Origin: Pseudobdellovibrionaceae bacterium
GTDB taxonomy: Bacteria > Bdellovibrionota > Bdellovibrionia > Bdellovibrionales > Bdellovibrionaceae
Direction: 5' to 3'
Length of the DNA: 64,000 nt
Assembly: GCA_039810425.1 (NCBI GenBank)
Contig: JBDHWW010000010.1
Coordinates: 16,575-80,574, forward strand
The position numbers were made by a program, and so were the translations under genes. The notes under the pieces are model-generated. The model had not been told where the DNA came from, did not search any database, and saw nothing but the letters and a program-made list of their open reading frames with translations. Positions 1-10,299 of the stretch are shown here, piece after piece. Numbering within the stretch: the first letter of the stretch is position 1; the number at the start of each line of letters is the position of its first letter.

Positions 1-275
1 CCACCAACGCGTTGAGGTTCTTGGGGAGCCTTACAAGTGATATTACAAGATTGATCTGAGGCTGGTCTCTGTTTCTGGTTGGCAGAAGTTGCCTGGCTAC
101 GCCCACTGACTGCTGGTGCCGTAAAGCCGCGGCAAGCGTTAATACAGGCTGTATTCCCGCCCTTGCACTGGCTGAGACAGGTCTCAGTCTCGCTAGCAAC
201 AGCTTCAGAGGAGAAATCAAAAGCCAAAAAACAAAATAGAAGCAATTGAAGAGTGAAAAATGCATATTTTGTCAT
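1..275 (-). CDS. Secreted Cys-rich hypothetical protein, 5' part only (runs off the window start)
   Basis: Manual translation from ATG at 275: MTKYAFFTLQLLLFCFLAFDFSSEAVASETETCLSQCKGGNTACINACRG..., open to position 1; signal-peptide-like N-terminus; GGGGA SD upstream. Confidence 0.7.
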   Translation of the reverse strand, partial: MTKYAFFTLQLLLFCFLAFDFSSEAVASETETCLSQCKGGNTACINACRGFTAPAVSGRSQATSANQKQRPASDQSCNITCKAPQEPQRVG

Positions 276-292
276 GTATTCCCCTAGGTTTA

Positions 293-319
293 GTATCGGC
301 CCTTCAGAGGAGAATTTAA
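293..319 (-). promoter_or_regulatory. Putative sigma28 (FliA) promoter for the 1..275 gene
   Basis: Minus strand TTAA-N15-GCCGATAC, 17 nt upstream of the ATG. Confidence 0.55.
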
Positions 320-426
320 AGCGCAATCCCATAATGGAACAAATATTGTAGCGACCGCAGAAGAGTTTTTGCCATTTTCGTCGGCCTGTCTCAGAATGAG
401 AAAGTCCCTCTAACAAGGAGCCCTTT

Positions 427-918
427 ATGTTTGATAAAAATCTCTACTCATTCACGGTTAAAAACGCCGGGAACCAAGATACGCCTCTCGACAAATACAA
501 AGGACAAGTCGTCTTGGTCGTGAACGTTGCCAGTAAGTGCGGGTTCACTCCACAGTACACCGGCCTTGAACAACTTTTTGAAAAATACCAAAACCAGGGC
601 TTCACGATCCTGGGGTTTCCTTGTAACCAGTTCGGCGCCCAAGAGCCCGGCAACAATGAAGAGATCCAAAATTTTTGCAAGCTCACTTATGACGTGAGCT
701 TTCCGGTGATGGCAAAAGTCAATGTGAATGGTTCAGATACCGCTCCGGTCTATGACTGGCTGAAAGAATCCGCACCCGGCATTCTGGGCACTGAGATTAT
801 CAAGTGGAATTTTACCAAGTTCCTTGTGGGCAAAGACGGCAATGTTGTAAGGCGTTACGCTCCGAACGTTGAGCCTAAAGACATCGCAGATGATATCGAA
901 AAAGCTCTCAAAGCTTAA
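427..918 (+). CDS. Glutathione peroxidase (BtuE/Gpx family)
   Basis: NVASKCG, GFPCNQF and KWNFTKFL motifs; AAGGAG SD. Confidence 0.95.
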   Translation: MFDKNLYSFTVKNAGNQDTPLDKYKGQVVLVVNVASKCGFTPQYTGLEQLFEKYQNQGFTILGFPCNQFGAQEPGNNEEIQNFCKLTYDVSFPVMAKVNVNGSDTAPVYDWLKESAPGILGTEIIKWNFTKFLVGKDGNVVRRYAPNVEPKDIADDIEKALKA

Positions 919-924
919 TTCAGA

Positions 925-2643
925 TTAAAGAGCCACCGCCCACGTGGCTCTGAGAGTCGGCTGCCCATTTTGATCAATGACTTTCAGACTCAGGTTTTGA
1001 TTCACCCAGCGTTCAATCATTGCCTGCTCAGAAACACTGAGTTCCGGATTAAAGAAACGAAAATCAAATTGCGATAAAGGCAGATTCAGCTTCATACTGT
1101 CGACCTTGCCTTTTTCATTTTCAAACTCCACCGCAATTCTGACGAAGGCCTCTTTCGGCTCCGGCTTTTGAGCCTTAAAACTCACCTTCACCGGGCCTTT
1201 AAAGAATTCGCGATTGCCGTCATCGCCAAGCTCCATGTCCAAAGACTGCTCTTTGACTTTGAATCCCGGCGAGTGCGACATGAAATAGGATTGTAGAACG
1301 GTGCTGATCGCCTTCCAGTCATAGGGAATCGGCAAGGTACAATGGATTCCATAGTTGAAATCAACAACACTGATGTTGGAACTTTCCACGTTCATGCTTT
1401 TATTTTGCAAAAGCTGTGAGTTCACGGCAAATGGCACAAGCAAATCGGTATGAGTTGCAAAAATCATCACCGGCGACTGAATATTTTTATAGTATTTCCA
1501 AAAGTCATTAAGCTGCCAAAAGTTCGAACCGTCTTCAAGGCCCGGAGGCAACTTCACTGAGGACACATACGACAAGCCCCCATGATAAGTGCGGACAACT
1601 TCAGAAACCGTTTTCTTTAAGAAACTAAAAGAATCAAATTCTTCAAGGGTCGGCAAGTTTCTCACAATCCCTGCGAGGCGCTTTCGACTCCACAGATCCA
1701 CGAGATAGGCAAACGGCTTGCTCGTCGTCACCACGTTCATGTTTTTTTCAAGGTTCACCACCGGGCACATCCCAAAGAAGCTGTTATACAGTGGTTGTCC
1801 TTTTGGTGAATTCAGCTCATTAAGCATCGAGGCATACAACACACCATGCCCACCGAGACTGACGCCAAAAAGATGCAGGCTGTCCACCACATGGCTCAGC
1901 GGTTCGTCCGGATCTTTCAGAATCTGAGCCAGCAAAATATTCTGAATACCCTCATCGTACCCGCCGAAAGAAAATCGCGTGTTATCGGCAACAAAGTCCG
2001 TCCCCGACATATTCTCCACCATCAAAACATTGAACGGCGACTGCTCAAACAACATCATCATCCAGGCCCGCTCGGGCATGAACTCTTCGACATTGGCAAA
2101 AATCCCTAAACGTAAAACAATCAATGGGCGCTTCTTCAAATCACCCTTCAGCCCCAGCAGACCTTTGAGCTTGATATTACCTGGCAAGCTAAACACCACT
2201 CGATGCAAGAACGGATGTTCTTGCGGCTGATAGCTCATCGTCATCATCTTTGTAAGGCTCGTAGACACGCTGCTCATACCGGTTTCAATATCTCCGGCGC
2301 AATCTTTTAGATATTTCTGGATGAGCGCTCCCTGCAGTTGAACAGAAATACGAATGCGAGGATCCTGCAGGCGAAAACCCCAAAGGTCAGGAGAGCACTT
2401 CGCGGAAACGGACCGTCCTTCTCCGCTCGGCGACCAGGAAAGAACATCTTGCAACAGCACTCGCAAAAGAAATGGATACTGCCCCGCGGTCTTGTCCGCA
2501 TAAGGTGAACCCTCTTCAGGGAATTGCACCCGAGACGTTTGAAACCGCCGCATGAATTCTTGCTGTGGACTCGAAGCCGCACTCACGTATAATGAAAATG
2601 TTGACGTTACAAAGATGAAAAAGAAAAATTTTGCGTTACACAT
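925..2643 (-). CDS. Secreted alpha/beta-hydrolase-fold protein
   Basis: GVSLGG nucleophile elbow, candidate Asp (THTD) and His (GIHC); start moved to ATG 2643 (MCNAKFFFF signal peptide), 7 nt after the upstream gene's stop. Confidence 0.65.
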   Translation of the reverse strand: MCNAKFFFFIFVTSTFSLYVSAASSPQQEFMRRFQTSRVQFPEEGSPYADKTAGQYPFLLRVLLQDVLSWSPSGEGRSVSAKCSPDLWGFRLQDPRIRISVQLQGALIQKYLKDCAGDIETGMSSVSTSLTKMMTMSYQPQEHPFLHRVVFSLPGNIKLKGLLGLKGDLKKRPLIVLRLGIFANVEEFMPERAWMMMLFEQSPFNVLMVENMSGTDFVADNTRFSFGGYDEGIQNILLAQILKDPDEPLSHVVDSLHLFGVSLGGHGVLYASMLNELNSPKGQPLYNSFFGMCPVVNLEKNMNVVTTSKPFAYLVDLWSRKRLAGIVRNLPTLEEFDSFSFLKKTVSEVVRTYHGGLSYVSSVKLPPGLEDGSNFWQLNDFWKYYKNIQSPVMIFATHTDLLVPFAVNSQLLQNKSMNVESSNISVVDFNYGIHCTLPIPYDWKAISTVLQSYFMSHSPGFKVKEQSLDMELGDDGNREFFKGPVKVSFKAQKPEPKEAFVRIAVEFENEKGKVDSMKLNLPLSQFDFRFFNPELSVSEQAMIERWVNQNLSLKVIDQNGQPTLRATWAVAL

Positions 2644-2650
2644 ACGATTG

Positions 2651-3181
2651 TTATTCCATGATCTTCTTTTCCAAAACCACAAAGTGCAGATCTTCGACCT
2701 TTGGCACCCCGAACCGCTCATCTCCATAGGGGAATGGCTTCGTTTCGCCGGTATTGCGGTAGCCACGCTTTTCGTACCAGGTGACGAGTTCTTTACGCTG
2801 AGCGATCACAGTCATGTAAAGATCGCTGCAATCCCAGAACTGCGCAAAGGCTTCGGCCTCTTCGAGCAACATGCCGCCCAAACCCTTCCCTTGCAGGGTC
2901 GGCTTTACCGTCAGCATGCCGAGATAGCATTTTACATCTTGTTTTTCGAGATGCACGCAGCCCTCGATATTGCCGCTGTTTTCATTTTCAGCAATCAAGA
3001 CCACGGAGTTTTCGCGATCGATGAGTTCTTGGATGGCGTTAGTATCGGTTCTTTGGCCACCGAGAAGGTCGGCTTCGGTGGTCCAGCCGCGCTTAGAGCC
3101 TTCACCGCGGTAGGCAGAGTTGACGAGTTCGTTGATCTCTTTAGCTTGTGATGAATGCGCCTGAATAAATTCCCAGCCCAT
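2651..3181 (-). CDS. GNAT family N-acetyltransferase
   Basis: LTVKPTLQGKGLG acetyl-CoA motif A, WYEKRGY; extended -10 TGcTAGGAT upstream favours the ATG at 3181. Confidence 0.9.
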   Translation of the reverse strand: MGWEFIQAHSSQAKEINELVNSAYRGEGSKRGWTTEADLLGGQRTDTNAIQELIDRENSVVLIAENENSGNIEGCVHLEKQDVKCYLGMLTVKPTLQGKGLGGMLLEEAEAFAQFWDCSDLYMTVIAQRKELVTWYEKRGYRNTGETKPFPYGDERFGVPKVEDLHFVVLEKKIME

Positions 3182-3258
3182 AGGAGGCCCCCAAAGTAGG
3201 GTCATCCTAGCAGGAATCTCTGTTATTGGTCCAACAATTCAGCACAGACACCCTAAAA

Positions 3259-3714
3259 TTACTTTCCTTTTGTAAACTCGAAGAACGGAATGACACCTTG
3301 AGCTTCCAAGTCTTCTTCTTTGGCATCAGGCAAACGGAAGATTTCATACATTTGCAGGCGTAAAACATTGCCCGTGACATAAGCACGGACCTTTTCCTGA
3401 CGAATGTCTTCACGGTCATTGTACTCGATATTCAATTTTAGATTTTGCTCATTACTACTTTGAACCGTGTAGCGGAAAGCCGACGAAACACTTTTATCCT
3501 TCTTCGTGCAACGAAGATCCTTGAAGGTATCGCACTGATAAGCACCCGTCCCTTTTTGGAAAGTATAGTTACAGATTTTTCCCGTATTTGAGGTCGCTTG
3601 TGGGGAACAGAAGCCAAGCCACTTGCCTTCGATGCCATCGGCAGATTTCGGACCGACCGCGTTGGCCTGCAAAGCAGAGACAAGAAGTGAAAATGCCAAA
3701 ACGAAACCCTTCAT
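3259..3714 (-). CDS. Secreted hypothetical protein
   Basis: Sec signal peptide (MKGFVLAFSLLVSALQANA), 4 Cys, AAGGA SD. Confidence 0.75.
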   Translation of the reverse strand: MKGFVLAFSLLVSALQANAVGPKSADGIEGKWLGFCSPQATSNTGKICNYTFQKGTGAYQCDTFKDLRCTKKDKSVSSAFRYTVQSSNEQNLKLNIEYNDREDIRQEKVRAYVTGNVLRLQMYEIFRLPDAKEEDLEAQGVIPFFEFTKGK

Positions 3715-3861
3715 ATCCAGTGTCCTTTCCCTAAACCCTTATGGATAAGGCTAACAAAGCTACTGAACTCACCAAAACAAATTATTCCAGACTGTTTTCC
3801 ATCACAGGCAATCTAGACCTAATTAAGACCTGAGTTGAGAAATCGAACGCTGTTGAGACAA

Positions 3862-3891
3862 TAAAAAAGCCGCGGTATTTCTACCGCGGCT
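3862..3891 (-). terminator. Rho-independent terminator of recA
   Basis: Stem AGCCGCGGTA/TACCGCGGCT with 4-nt loop, followed by a T-run on the minus strand. Confidence 0.85.
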
Positions 3892-3916
3892 CCGGATTCA
3901 CGATTCTATTCAGTGC

Positions 3917-5098
3917 CTAGTGCTTGGACTTTTTGTCAGCTTTTTCGTTCTTCTCAGCTTTGTCTGTTTTTTTTGCAGATTTCGCAGTAAGGGCTGCTTC
4001 TTCAGCGTGTGCTTCGGCTTCAGAGCCTTCCGCGCCCGCTTCGGGAGCCGCCATCAAAAGTTTGCCGATACCGTGTGAGGCCAAGATCTTCGTGCGAAGC
4101 TCTTTCATCAACTCCGGGTGATCTTTCAAGAATTGTTTTGCTTGATCGCGGCCTTGCCCCATGCGCTCACCGTTGTGTGAGTACCATGCGCCAGACTTCT
4201 CAATGAAGTTTGCGGTTGTTGCCAAATCAAGCAAGTCGCCTGCCTCAGAGATCCCTTCACCGTACATCAAGTCGAATTCAACTTTTGTGAACGGAGGAGC
4301 CATTTTATTCTTCACAACTTTCACCGCAGTACGGTTTCCAGTGACGTCCTCACCGTTTTTGATCGCGCCCACACGGCGTACATCCAAACGAACAGAAGCG
4401 TAGAACTTCAATGCGTTACCACCCGTTGTGGTCTCTGGGTTACCGAACATCACACCGATTTTCATACGGATTTGGTTGATAAAGATAACCAATGTGTTTG
4501 AACGAGCGATCACACCCGTCAACTTACGAAGAGCTTGCGACATCAAACGAGCTTGAAGACCCATGTGGCTGTCGCCCATTTCACCTTCGATCTCAGCCCG
4601 TGGAACCAAGGCGGCTACGGAGTCGACAACGAGAACGTCGATCGCGCCGGAGCGAACCAAAGTTTCAGTGATCTCGAGCGCCTGCTCACCAGTGTCTGGT
4701 TGAGAGATCAAAAGATCTTCTGTGTTTACACCCAATTTACGAGCGTAGTTTACATCCAAAGCATGTTCCGCATCGACGAATGCTACAACTCCGCCCTTTT
4801 TCTGGGCTTGAGCGATTGTCGACAATGCGATTGTGGTTTTACCAGAAGATTCTGGACCGTAAATTTCCACGATACGACCTTTTGGCAAACCGCCAATTCC
4901 CAAAGCGATATCCAAACTCAATGCACCCGTGCTGATCGCTTCGACGTCCTTTACAAGACTGTCGTTTTCTCCAAGACGCATGATAGAACCTTTACCGAAT
5001 TGCTTTTCAATCGTTGAAACCGCCAATTCGAGGGCTTTCACTTTCTCGCCGTGAGCTTTTTGATCGCCAGATTCTTTTTCTTTTGTAGGGGCTGCCAT
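3917..5098 (-). CDS. recA: Recombinase A
   Basis: GPESSGKTT Walker [25 protein letters not shown] before ATG 5098. Confidence 0.99.
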   Translation of the reverse strand: MAAPTKEKESGDQKAHGEKVKALELAVSTIEKQFGKGSIMRLGENDSLVKDVEAISTGALSLDIALGIGGLPKGRIVEIYGPESSGKTTIALSTIAQAQKKGGVVAFVDAEHALDVNYARKLGVNTEDLLISQPDTGEQALEITETLVRSGAIDVLVVDSVAALVPRAEIEGEMGDSHMGLQARLMSQALRKLTGVIARSNTLVIFINQIRMKIGVMFGNPETTTGGNALKFYASVRLDVRRVGAIKNGEDVTGNRTAVKVVKNKMAPPFTKVEFDLMYGEGISEAGDLLDLATTANFIEKSGAWYSHNGERMGQGRDQAKQFLKDHPELMKELRTKILASHGIGKLLMAAPEAGAEGSEAEAHAEEAALTAKSAKKTDKAEKNEKADKKSKH

Positions 5099-5153
5099 GT
5101 TTTCCTTCTTTCTCACCCCCATCCCCGGGAGTGAACCGTTGTTAGAACTTTAG

Positions 5154-5660
5154 TTAGCTTTTCAAACTTGCAATCACAAATTCCAGCGCAAAGAGGACAG
5201 AAGATTGTTGAACTTCCTCGCGATCGCCGGAGAAGTGCTTACGCACTGAAACCTCATTGGTTTTTCCCTTAGCAACTCCAGGGCCACTGACCGCAAAGCA
5301 TACAGTGCCCACTGGCTTGTCCGGGGTTCCACCCGCCGGACCGGCTATTCCGGTAATTGCAACCGCAACGTCTACTTTTAACTGCTTGCGCGCTCCTTGC
5401 GCCATTTGGCGAGCGATGGATTCGCTCACAGCACCTTCATCCTTTAAAGTGCTGGCTGAGACCTCCAACAAATCCATTTTGGCTTCGTAAGAGTAACTCA
5501 CTATGGACCCCATAAAGACATCCGAAACACCTGGCAAAGCCGTCAGAGTTGCGGAAAGAAGTCCACCGGTACAACTCTCAGCAAATCCGATTTTCAGAGT
5601 GCGTGAGCGAAGGACCCTCAGAAGTTCCTGCAGGAGAATGCCGGTTTGATAATCATTCAT
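5154..5660 (-). CDS. pncC: CinA C-terminal domain protein / NMN amidohydrolase
   Basis: AESCTGG, ITGIAGP and KPVGTV motifs; standalone domain upstream of recA. Confidence 0.9.
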   Translation of the reverse strand: MNDYQTGILLQELLRVLRSRTLKIGFAESCTGGLLSATLTALPGVSDVFMGSIVSYSYEAKMDLLEVSASTLKDEGAVSESIARQMAQGARKQLKVDVAVAITGIAGPAGGTPDKPVGTVCFAVSGPGVAKGKTNEVSVRKHFSGDREEVQQSSVLFALEFVIASLKS

Positions 5661-6163
5661 GAAGTGAACACCATGACCTGAGCACCCAACCAATCGGTGT
5701 GCTGATAGAGATATTGCAAAATTATACTCGCGATAATTCCCGCTGCGACATCATCAAGCACAACCCCGAGTCCCCCCGGAATTTTCTTATCTAAATATCC
5801 TATGGGAAAAGGTTTGAAGATGTCCAGCACTCGAAATAATAAAAAGCCCGCTAGCATTGCTTTCCATGTCATGGGAAGCCATGTCATCGCAATCATAAAG
5901 CCAAGCACTTCGTCGATCACGATTTCTTTGTGATCGTGACCGCCTTTATCGTCTTCGTAAACCTGAGCGGAAATGACTGCGAGCGGTAAAAGGATGATCA
6001 CAAATGCCATGTAAACAAGCGGTCCTGCCCACGAAAGCAGCAAAATCAACGGAATGGTCGCCGCCGTTCCAGCCGTCCCCGGCCCCTTCGGGAAGAAGCC
6101 GACGCCGAAAAATGTCGCTAAGTTTTTGAGGAATTTTCTAAGCCCTTGAGAGTTTTCAAGCAT
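5657..6163 (-). CDS. pgpA: Phosphatidylglycerophosphatase A
   Basis: PGTAGT, EIVIDEVLG, FRVLDIFKPFPI, DDVAAG; start uncertain (6163 or 6181). Confidence 0.93.
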   Translation of the reverse strand: MLENSQGLRKFLKNLATFFGVGFFPKGPGTAGTAATIPLILLLSWAGPLVYMAFVIILLPLAVISAQVYEDDKGGHDHKEIVIDEVLGFMIAMTWLPMTWKAMLAGFLLFRVLDIFKPFPIGYLDKKIPGGLGVVLDDVAAGIIASIILQYLYQHTDWLGAQVMVFTS

Positions 6164-6264
6164 TTTTATCTCGTTCAACAATCTACTTCCACAAATGGTG
6201 TCTTAAATTGAGATTCCCGAGGGGAAACCTCTGAGCAAACAACCCCTTATGTTATACTTTGATC

Positions 6265-6870
6265 ATGAGACTCATACCACGAGTATTTATACTTGCTACA
6301 ATCTTTATGCTGTTCATCAGCTACCAGAATTTCTCGAGCGTCAACTCAGGCGATTGGGACTCGGCGAGCTCTCTTAAAATCATCAATGAAATGAATGCCT
6401 TTCAAGCACAAGATAGAGTTCCGGAAACTCTCGCCACGCCACAGGGTGGTAGCGATTTCGAGTCCGTCCGCAATGATTGGATGCAGCGCCAAGGTTCGAT
6501 TTTATTGAATGGCTACGATAAAAAACTAGAAAGAGCGATGAATGATAAACTGAACTCTTGGGTTCAGGAAATCACTCGTAAAGACGACCCCGCGAACGAA
6601 GTTCCGGCACCAGGGCAAAGCGCCGGTACCAACTCTTCTCAGCCGGCCCAAGCATCTTCGGACTCCTACAAAACCAGACAGAATCTCCGCTTCATGCGAG
6701 TCAATTCTTTGAAATACGAAATCGGCGAGAACACCTGCATGAATTTTACCGCCGATCCAGGCAACACCCGCGTCGACCTTTCACAAACCCTCAGCCATAA
6801 CACCAAACTCGGTGTCGAACACCGCACCGCCGACAACAAAACGCAAATGTTCCTAAAATACGAATGGTAG
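6265..6870 (+). CDS. Exported hypothetical protein with YQNF motif after the hydrophobic N-terminus
   Basis: ORF of about 200 aa; extended -10 TGtTATACT 6 nt before the ATG (leaderless); C-terminal amphipathic strands ending in W. Confidence 0.7.
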   Translation: MRLIPRVFILATIFMLFISYQNFSSVNSGDWDSASSLKIINEMNAFQAQDRVPETLATPQGGSDFESVRNDWMQRQGSILLNGYDKKLERAMNDKLNSWVQEITRKDDPANEVPAPGQSAGTNSSQPAQASSDSYKTRQNLRFMRVNSLKYEIGENTCMNFTADPGNTRVDLSQTLSHNTKLGVEHRTADNKTQMFLKYEW

Positions 6871-6871
6871 A

Positions 6872-6910
6872 AGGTACGCCGTACCTTTTTCGGATGCGGC
6901 GCATTCGGAA
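6872..6910 (+). repeat. Dispersed REP copy
   Basis: GGTACGCCGTACCTTTTTCGGATGCG (6873-6898) is identical to 26 bp of the REPs flanking the RAYT gene. Confidence 0.9.
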
Positions 6911-6953
6911 GTCGCCCCTATCTCCACTCTCGAAAAAGTGCTAGAACCTTGGG

Positions 6954-7505
6954 ATGTCGCAATCGGCGTCGTCAACCCCTTACAGTCATAAGAGCTATGC
7001 TAAACGCAAGGTCATGGACCTCGTAGCGACGCGTGACCATTCCGAACTGGAATTGCGTAAGAAGCTCAAAGAGTCCTTCCGCCGCAACCTCATGTACCGT
7101 CAGCGTGTAGCCCAAAAAGACGGTCGCGAATTTACTGAAGACACGGAGGAAAATCGCCAAGCGATCGCGGAGGCGATCGAGAATGCGATTCAGTTTGCCC
7201 GAGACAACAAGTGGCTCGGTAACGAAGAGGTCCTTGCCGGTAAAATGGCAGGCATTCTTCACCGTAAAAACAAAGGCATTGCCTACATCAATAACAAACT
7301 CAAAGAAAAGGGCCTTCCCTCAGTCACGACAGATCGTGATTTGGAACTTGAAAAGGCCCTCACTCTTGTGAAGAATAAATTTTCCGGCTTTGAAGCTTTA
7401 TCTTACGCAGATAAGCGTAAAGAACAGGGCCGGGTCGCCCGCTTTTTAGCGGCACGGGGATTTGATCCAGATACTGTACGAAAGGTGATTTATGAAGAGC
7501 TCTGA
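6954..7505 (+). CDS. recX: Regulatory protein RecX
   Basis: RDHSELELRKKL, KGIAYI and RFLAARGF motifs; overlaps the alaS start. Confidence 0.85.
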   Translation: MSQSASSTPYSHKSYAKRKVMDLVATRDHSELELRKKLKESFRRNLMYRQRVAQKDGREFTEDTEENRQAIAEAIENAIQFARDNKWLGNEEVLAGKMAGILHRKNKGIAYINNKLKEKGLPSVTTDRDLELEKALTLVKNKFSGFEALSYADKRKEQGRVARFLAARGFDPDTVRKVIYEEL

Positions 7506-10209
7506 AATCAGAAGTGCGTTTATTAACTACTTCAAAAAGAACGGCCACGCTGCGGTTCCCTCTTCTTCGTTAGTCCCTGAAAACGACCCGACTCTGCTTT
7601 TCGCCAATGCCGGTATGAACCAGTTCAAGAACACCTTCTTGGGGCTGGAAAAACGCGATTACACTCGCGCCGTCACCGCTCAAAAATGCGTGCGTGCCGG
7701 AGGTAAACACAATGACTTGGAAAACGTCGGTTTCACGGCCCGCCATCATACTTTCTTTGAAATGATGGGGAACTTCTCTTTCGGCGATTACTTCAAAAAA
7801 GATGCAATTCACTTTGCTTGGGAATTCCTGACTAAAGAGCTTAGAATTCCAAAAGAAAAACTCTACGTGACTGTTCACTTGTCTGACGATGAAGCGGCCG
7901 ATATCTGGCATAACCAAGAAGGCGTTTCCCGTGATCGCATCTTCCGCTTTGACAAGGATAACTTCTGGAAAATGGGCGACACCGGCCCCTGCGGCCCTTG
8001 CACCGAAATTTTCTATGATCACGGCCCGAAAGCCGGCAAAGAATCAGATCCATATAAAGGCATCGCTGCAGGCGAGGATCGCTTCGTTGAAATCTGGAAC
8101 TTGGTTTTCATGCAATACTTCGAAAACCCTCCAGGCACGATGACTCCACTCCCGAAGCCGTCAGTGGATACGGGCGGAGGTCTTGAGCGCATGACGGCGG
8201 CGATGCAAGGTAAGTTCAATAACTACGACACGGACCTTTTCGCCCCGATGATTGAGCGTGCCTGTAAGATCGGAGGCTTGGAATACATCACTGATGTGGA
8301 CATGCTTGCAAAAAACCCTGAAATTCGCGAGCGCACGTCTGCGATCCGCGTTTTGGCGGATCACTGCCGCTCAACCGGTTTTTTGATTGCAGACGGCGCG
8401 TTGCCTTCGAATGAAGGACGTGGCTACGTTCTTCGCCGTATCATGAGGCGTGCAATTCGCTACGGTCACAAACTCAACGACAAGCACTCGTTCTTGCCGG
8501 CGATGGTTGAGTCCTTGATTGACCATATGGGCGATGTGTATCCAGAGCTTAAAAACCGCAAGCAGGTTATTTTTACGACCGTAAAGGACGAAGAAACTCG
8601 TTTCATGGCGACCTTAGACCAAGGTTCGCATATTTTGAACGATGAAATCGCGAAGGTTCTGGCTAAAGGCCAAAAGTCCCTTTCCGGCGACATCATTTTC
8701 AAACTCTATGATACCTATGGCTTCCCCGCTGATTTGACAGCGTTGATCGCCGTGGAAAAAGGCGTGACAGCTGACGAAATGGCTTTCGAGAAAGAAATGG
8801 AGACCGCTCGGACAAAAGCTCGTGCTTCATGGAAGGGCAAGAGCATGCAGGCTGACGAAGCCCATATGATCAAGTTTGCCCAAGATGCTGCGACTAAGAG
8901 CGGCCCTACTCAATTCACTGGCTATGAGTCTATGGCGGGCCAATGCAATATCGTGGCTCTTTCTGACGGTACAAAAACCGTCACGAGCTTGAATGCCGGC
9001 CAATCTGGCTTGCTCGTCCTGAACAAAACCCCGTTCTACGCCGAAGGCGGCGGCCAAGTTGGCGATCAGGGCACAATGAAAAACAGTTCCGCTACGGTTG
9101 ATGTTCACAACACGACGAAGTCTGCGGATATTCATATTCACCACGTCGAAATAGCTTCGGGTGAAATCAAGGTTGGCGATACGATGCTCGTCCAAGTGGC
9201 TGAAAGTGTTCGTCGCAATACGATGTCGAATCACTCTGCGACTCACTTGATGCATGCAGCCCTCCGCAAGGTTTTGGGCCCTCATGTGACTCAAGCAGGG
9301 TCTTTGGTCGATCCGACTCGCACACGTTTCGACTTTACTCACAACAAAGCCCTCACTACGGATGAAATTACGCAAATCGAAGGCCTCGTGAATGATGAGA
9401 TCGGCAAATCTATCGACGTTCAGGTGGATAACATGAGCCACAAAGCGGCGATCGCTAAAGGCGCAATGGCTTTGTTCGGTGAAAAGTACGGTGAAAACGT
9501 CCGCGTTCTTACTGTGGGGGATTTCTCATGCGAGCTTTGCGGTGGTACCCACGTAAAAAACACGTCTCAGATCCGCCTGTTCAAAGTGATTTCTGAGGGC
9601 GGAGTCAGTGCAGGTGTCCGCCGTATCGAAGCCATCACTGGTGATCTTGCGCTCCAATACGCTCTGTACGGAATCCAGCAGAATCAACAGGCGCGTGTTG
9701 CTGCCGGCCTGGAATCCGCATGGTCGCACTTTTCGGCAAACGCAAATGTCGATACATCGATAGCTCCTTGGATTGAAAACAAGAAGTCCGAAATCAAGAA
9801 CCTCGAAAGAGGAATCAAGAAGCTCCAAGGTGGCCAAATCAACGTGGACGACCTGGCAAGTAAGGCTCAGAACTTCACGACGAAAACGGGTGCTGCGAAG
9901 CTCGTTCTTGCTGATGTTGCGTTGGATGACCGTCAGGTTTTGGCCGAAGTGACGGACCATTTGAAGAACAAGATCCAAAAGGGGATCGTGGTTGTGGTTG
10001 GCCAAGGCGAAGGCTCACATCCAGTGATAGTTTCTGTTAGCAAGGACATCTCGACAGAATACTCCGCGGGAAACTTGTTGAAAGAGGTTGCTGCTGTGAT
10101 GGGTGGTAAGGGCGGAGGCCGTCCAGACTTCGCCCAAGGCGCGGCTCCGGATCGCACGAAGATCGCTGATGCTTTCAAAAAAGTTCAGCAAATGGTTGGC
10201 TTGCACTAA
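7492..10209 (+). CDS. alaS: Alanine--tRNA ligase
   Basis: DPTLLFANAGMNQFK, HSATHL and ELCGGTH editing motifs, GGKGGG DHHA1 domain. Confidence 0.99.
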   Translation: MKSSEIRSAFINYFKKNGHAAVPSSSLVPENDPTLLFANAGMNQFKNTFLGLEKRDYTRAVTAQKCVRAGGKHNDLENVGFTARHHTFFEMMGNFSFGDYFKKDAIHFAWEFLTKELRIPKEKLYVTVHLSDDEAADIWHNQEGVSRDRIFRFDKDNFWKMGDTGPCGPCTEIFYDHGPKAGKESDPYKGIAAGEDRFVEIWNLVFMQYFENPPGTMTPLPKPSVDTGGGLERMTAAMQGKFNNYDTDLFAPMIERACKIGGLEYITDVDMLAKNPEIRERTSAIRVLADHCRSTGFLIADGALPSNEGRGYVLRRIMRRAIRYGHKLNDKHSFLPAMVESLIDHMGDVYPELKNRKQVIFTTVKDEETRFMATLDQGSHILNDEIAKVLAKGQKSLSGDIIFKLYDTYGFPADLTALIAVEKGVTADEMAFEKEMETARTKARASWKGKSMQADEAHMIKFAQDAATKSGPTQFTGYESMAGQCNIVALSDGTKTVTSLNAGQSGLLVLNKTPFYAEGGGQVGDQGTMKNSSATVDVHNTTKSADIHIHHVEIASGEIKVGDTMLVQVAESVRRNTMSNHSATHLMHAALRKVLGPHVTQAGSLVDPTRTRFDFTHNKALTTDEITQIEGLVNDEIGKSIDVQVDNMSHKAAIAKGAMALFGEKYGENVRVLTVGDFSCELCGGTHVKNTSQIRLFKVISEGGVSAGVRRIEAITGDLALQYALYGIQQNQQARVAAGLESAWSHFSANANVDTSIAPWIENKKSEIKNLERGIKKLQGGQINVDDLASKAQNFTTKTGAAKLVLADVALDDRQVLAEVTDHLKNKIQKGIVVVVGQGEGSHPVIVSVSKDISTEYSAGNLLKEVAAVMGGKGGGRPDFAQGAAPDRTKIADAFKKVQQMVGLH

Positions 10210-10229
10210 ATTATTAAATGATCACGTTT

Positions 10230-10256
10230 AAAAAAAGCCCTTAAGAGGGCTTTTTT
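10230..10256. terminator. Bidirectional terminator between alaS and the convergent gene
   Basis: AAAAAAGCCCT-TAAG-AGGGCTTTTTT. Confidence 0.85.
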
Positions 10257-10299
10257 CGAGATGGCCAAACATCACTAGCCGGCACAATCTCGTTAGGAA

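Noticed and set aside
925..2766. ORF-track start at 2766 for the hydrolase
   Set aside because: It overlaps the GNAT gene by more than 100 bp; the signal peptide begins at ATG 2643
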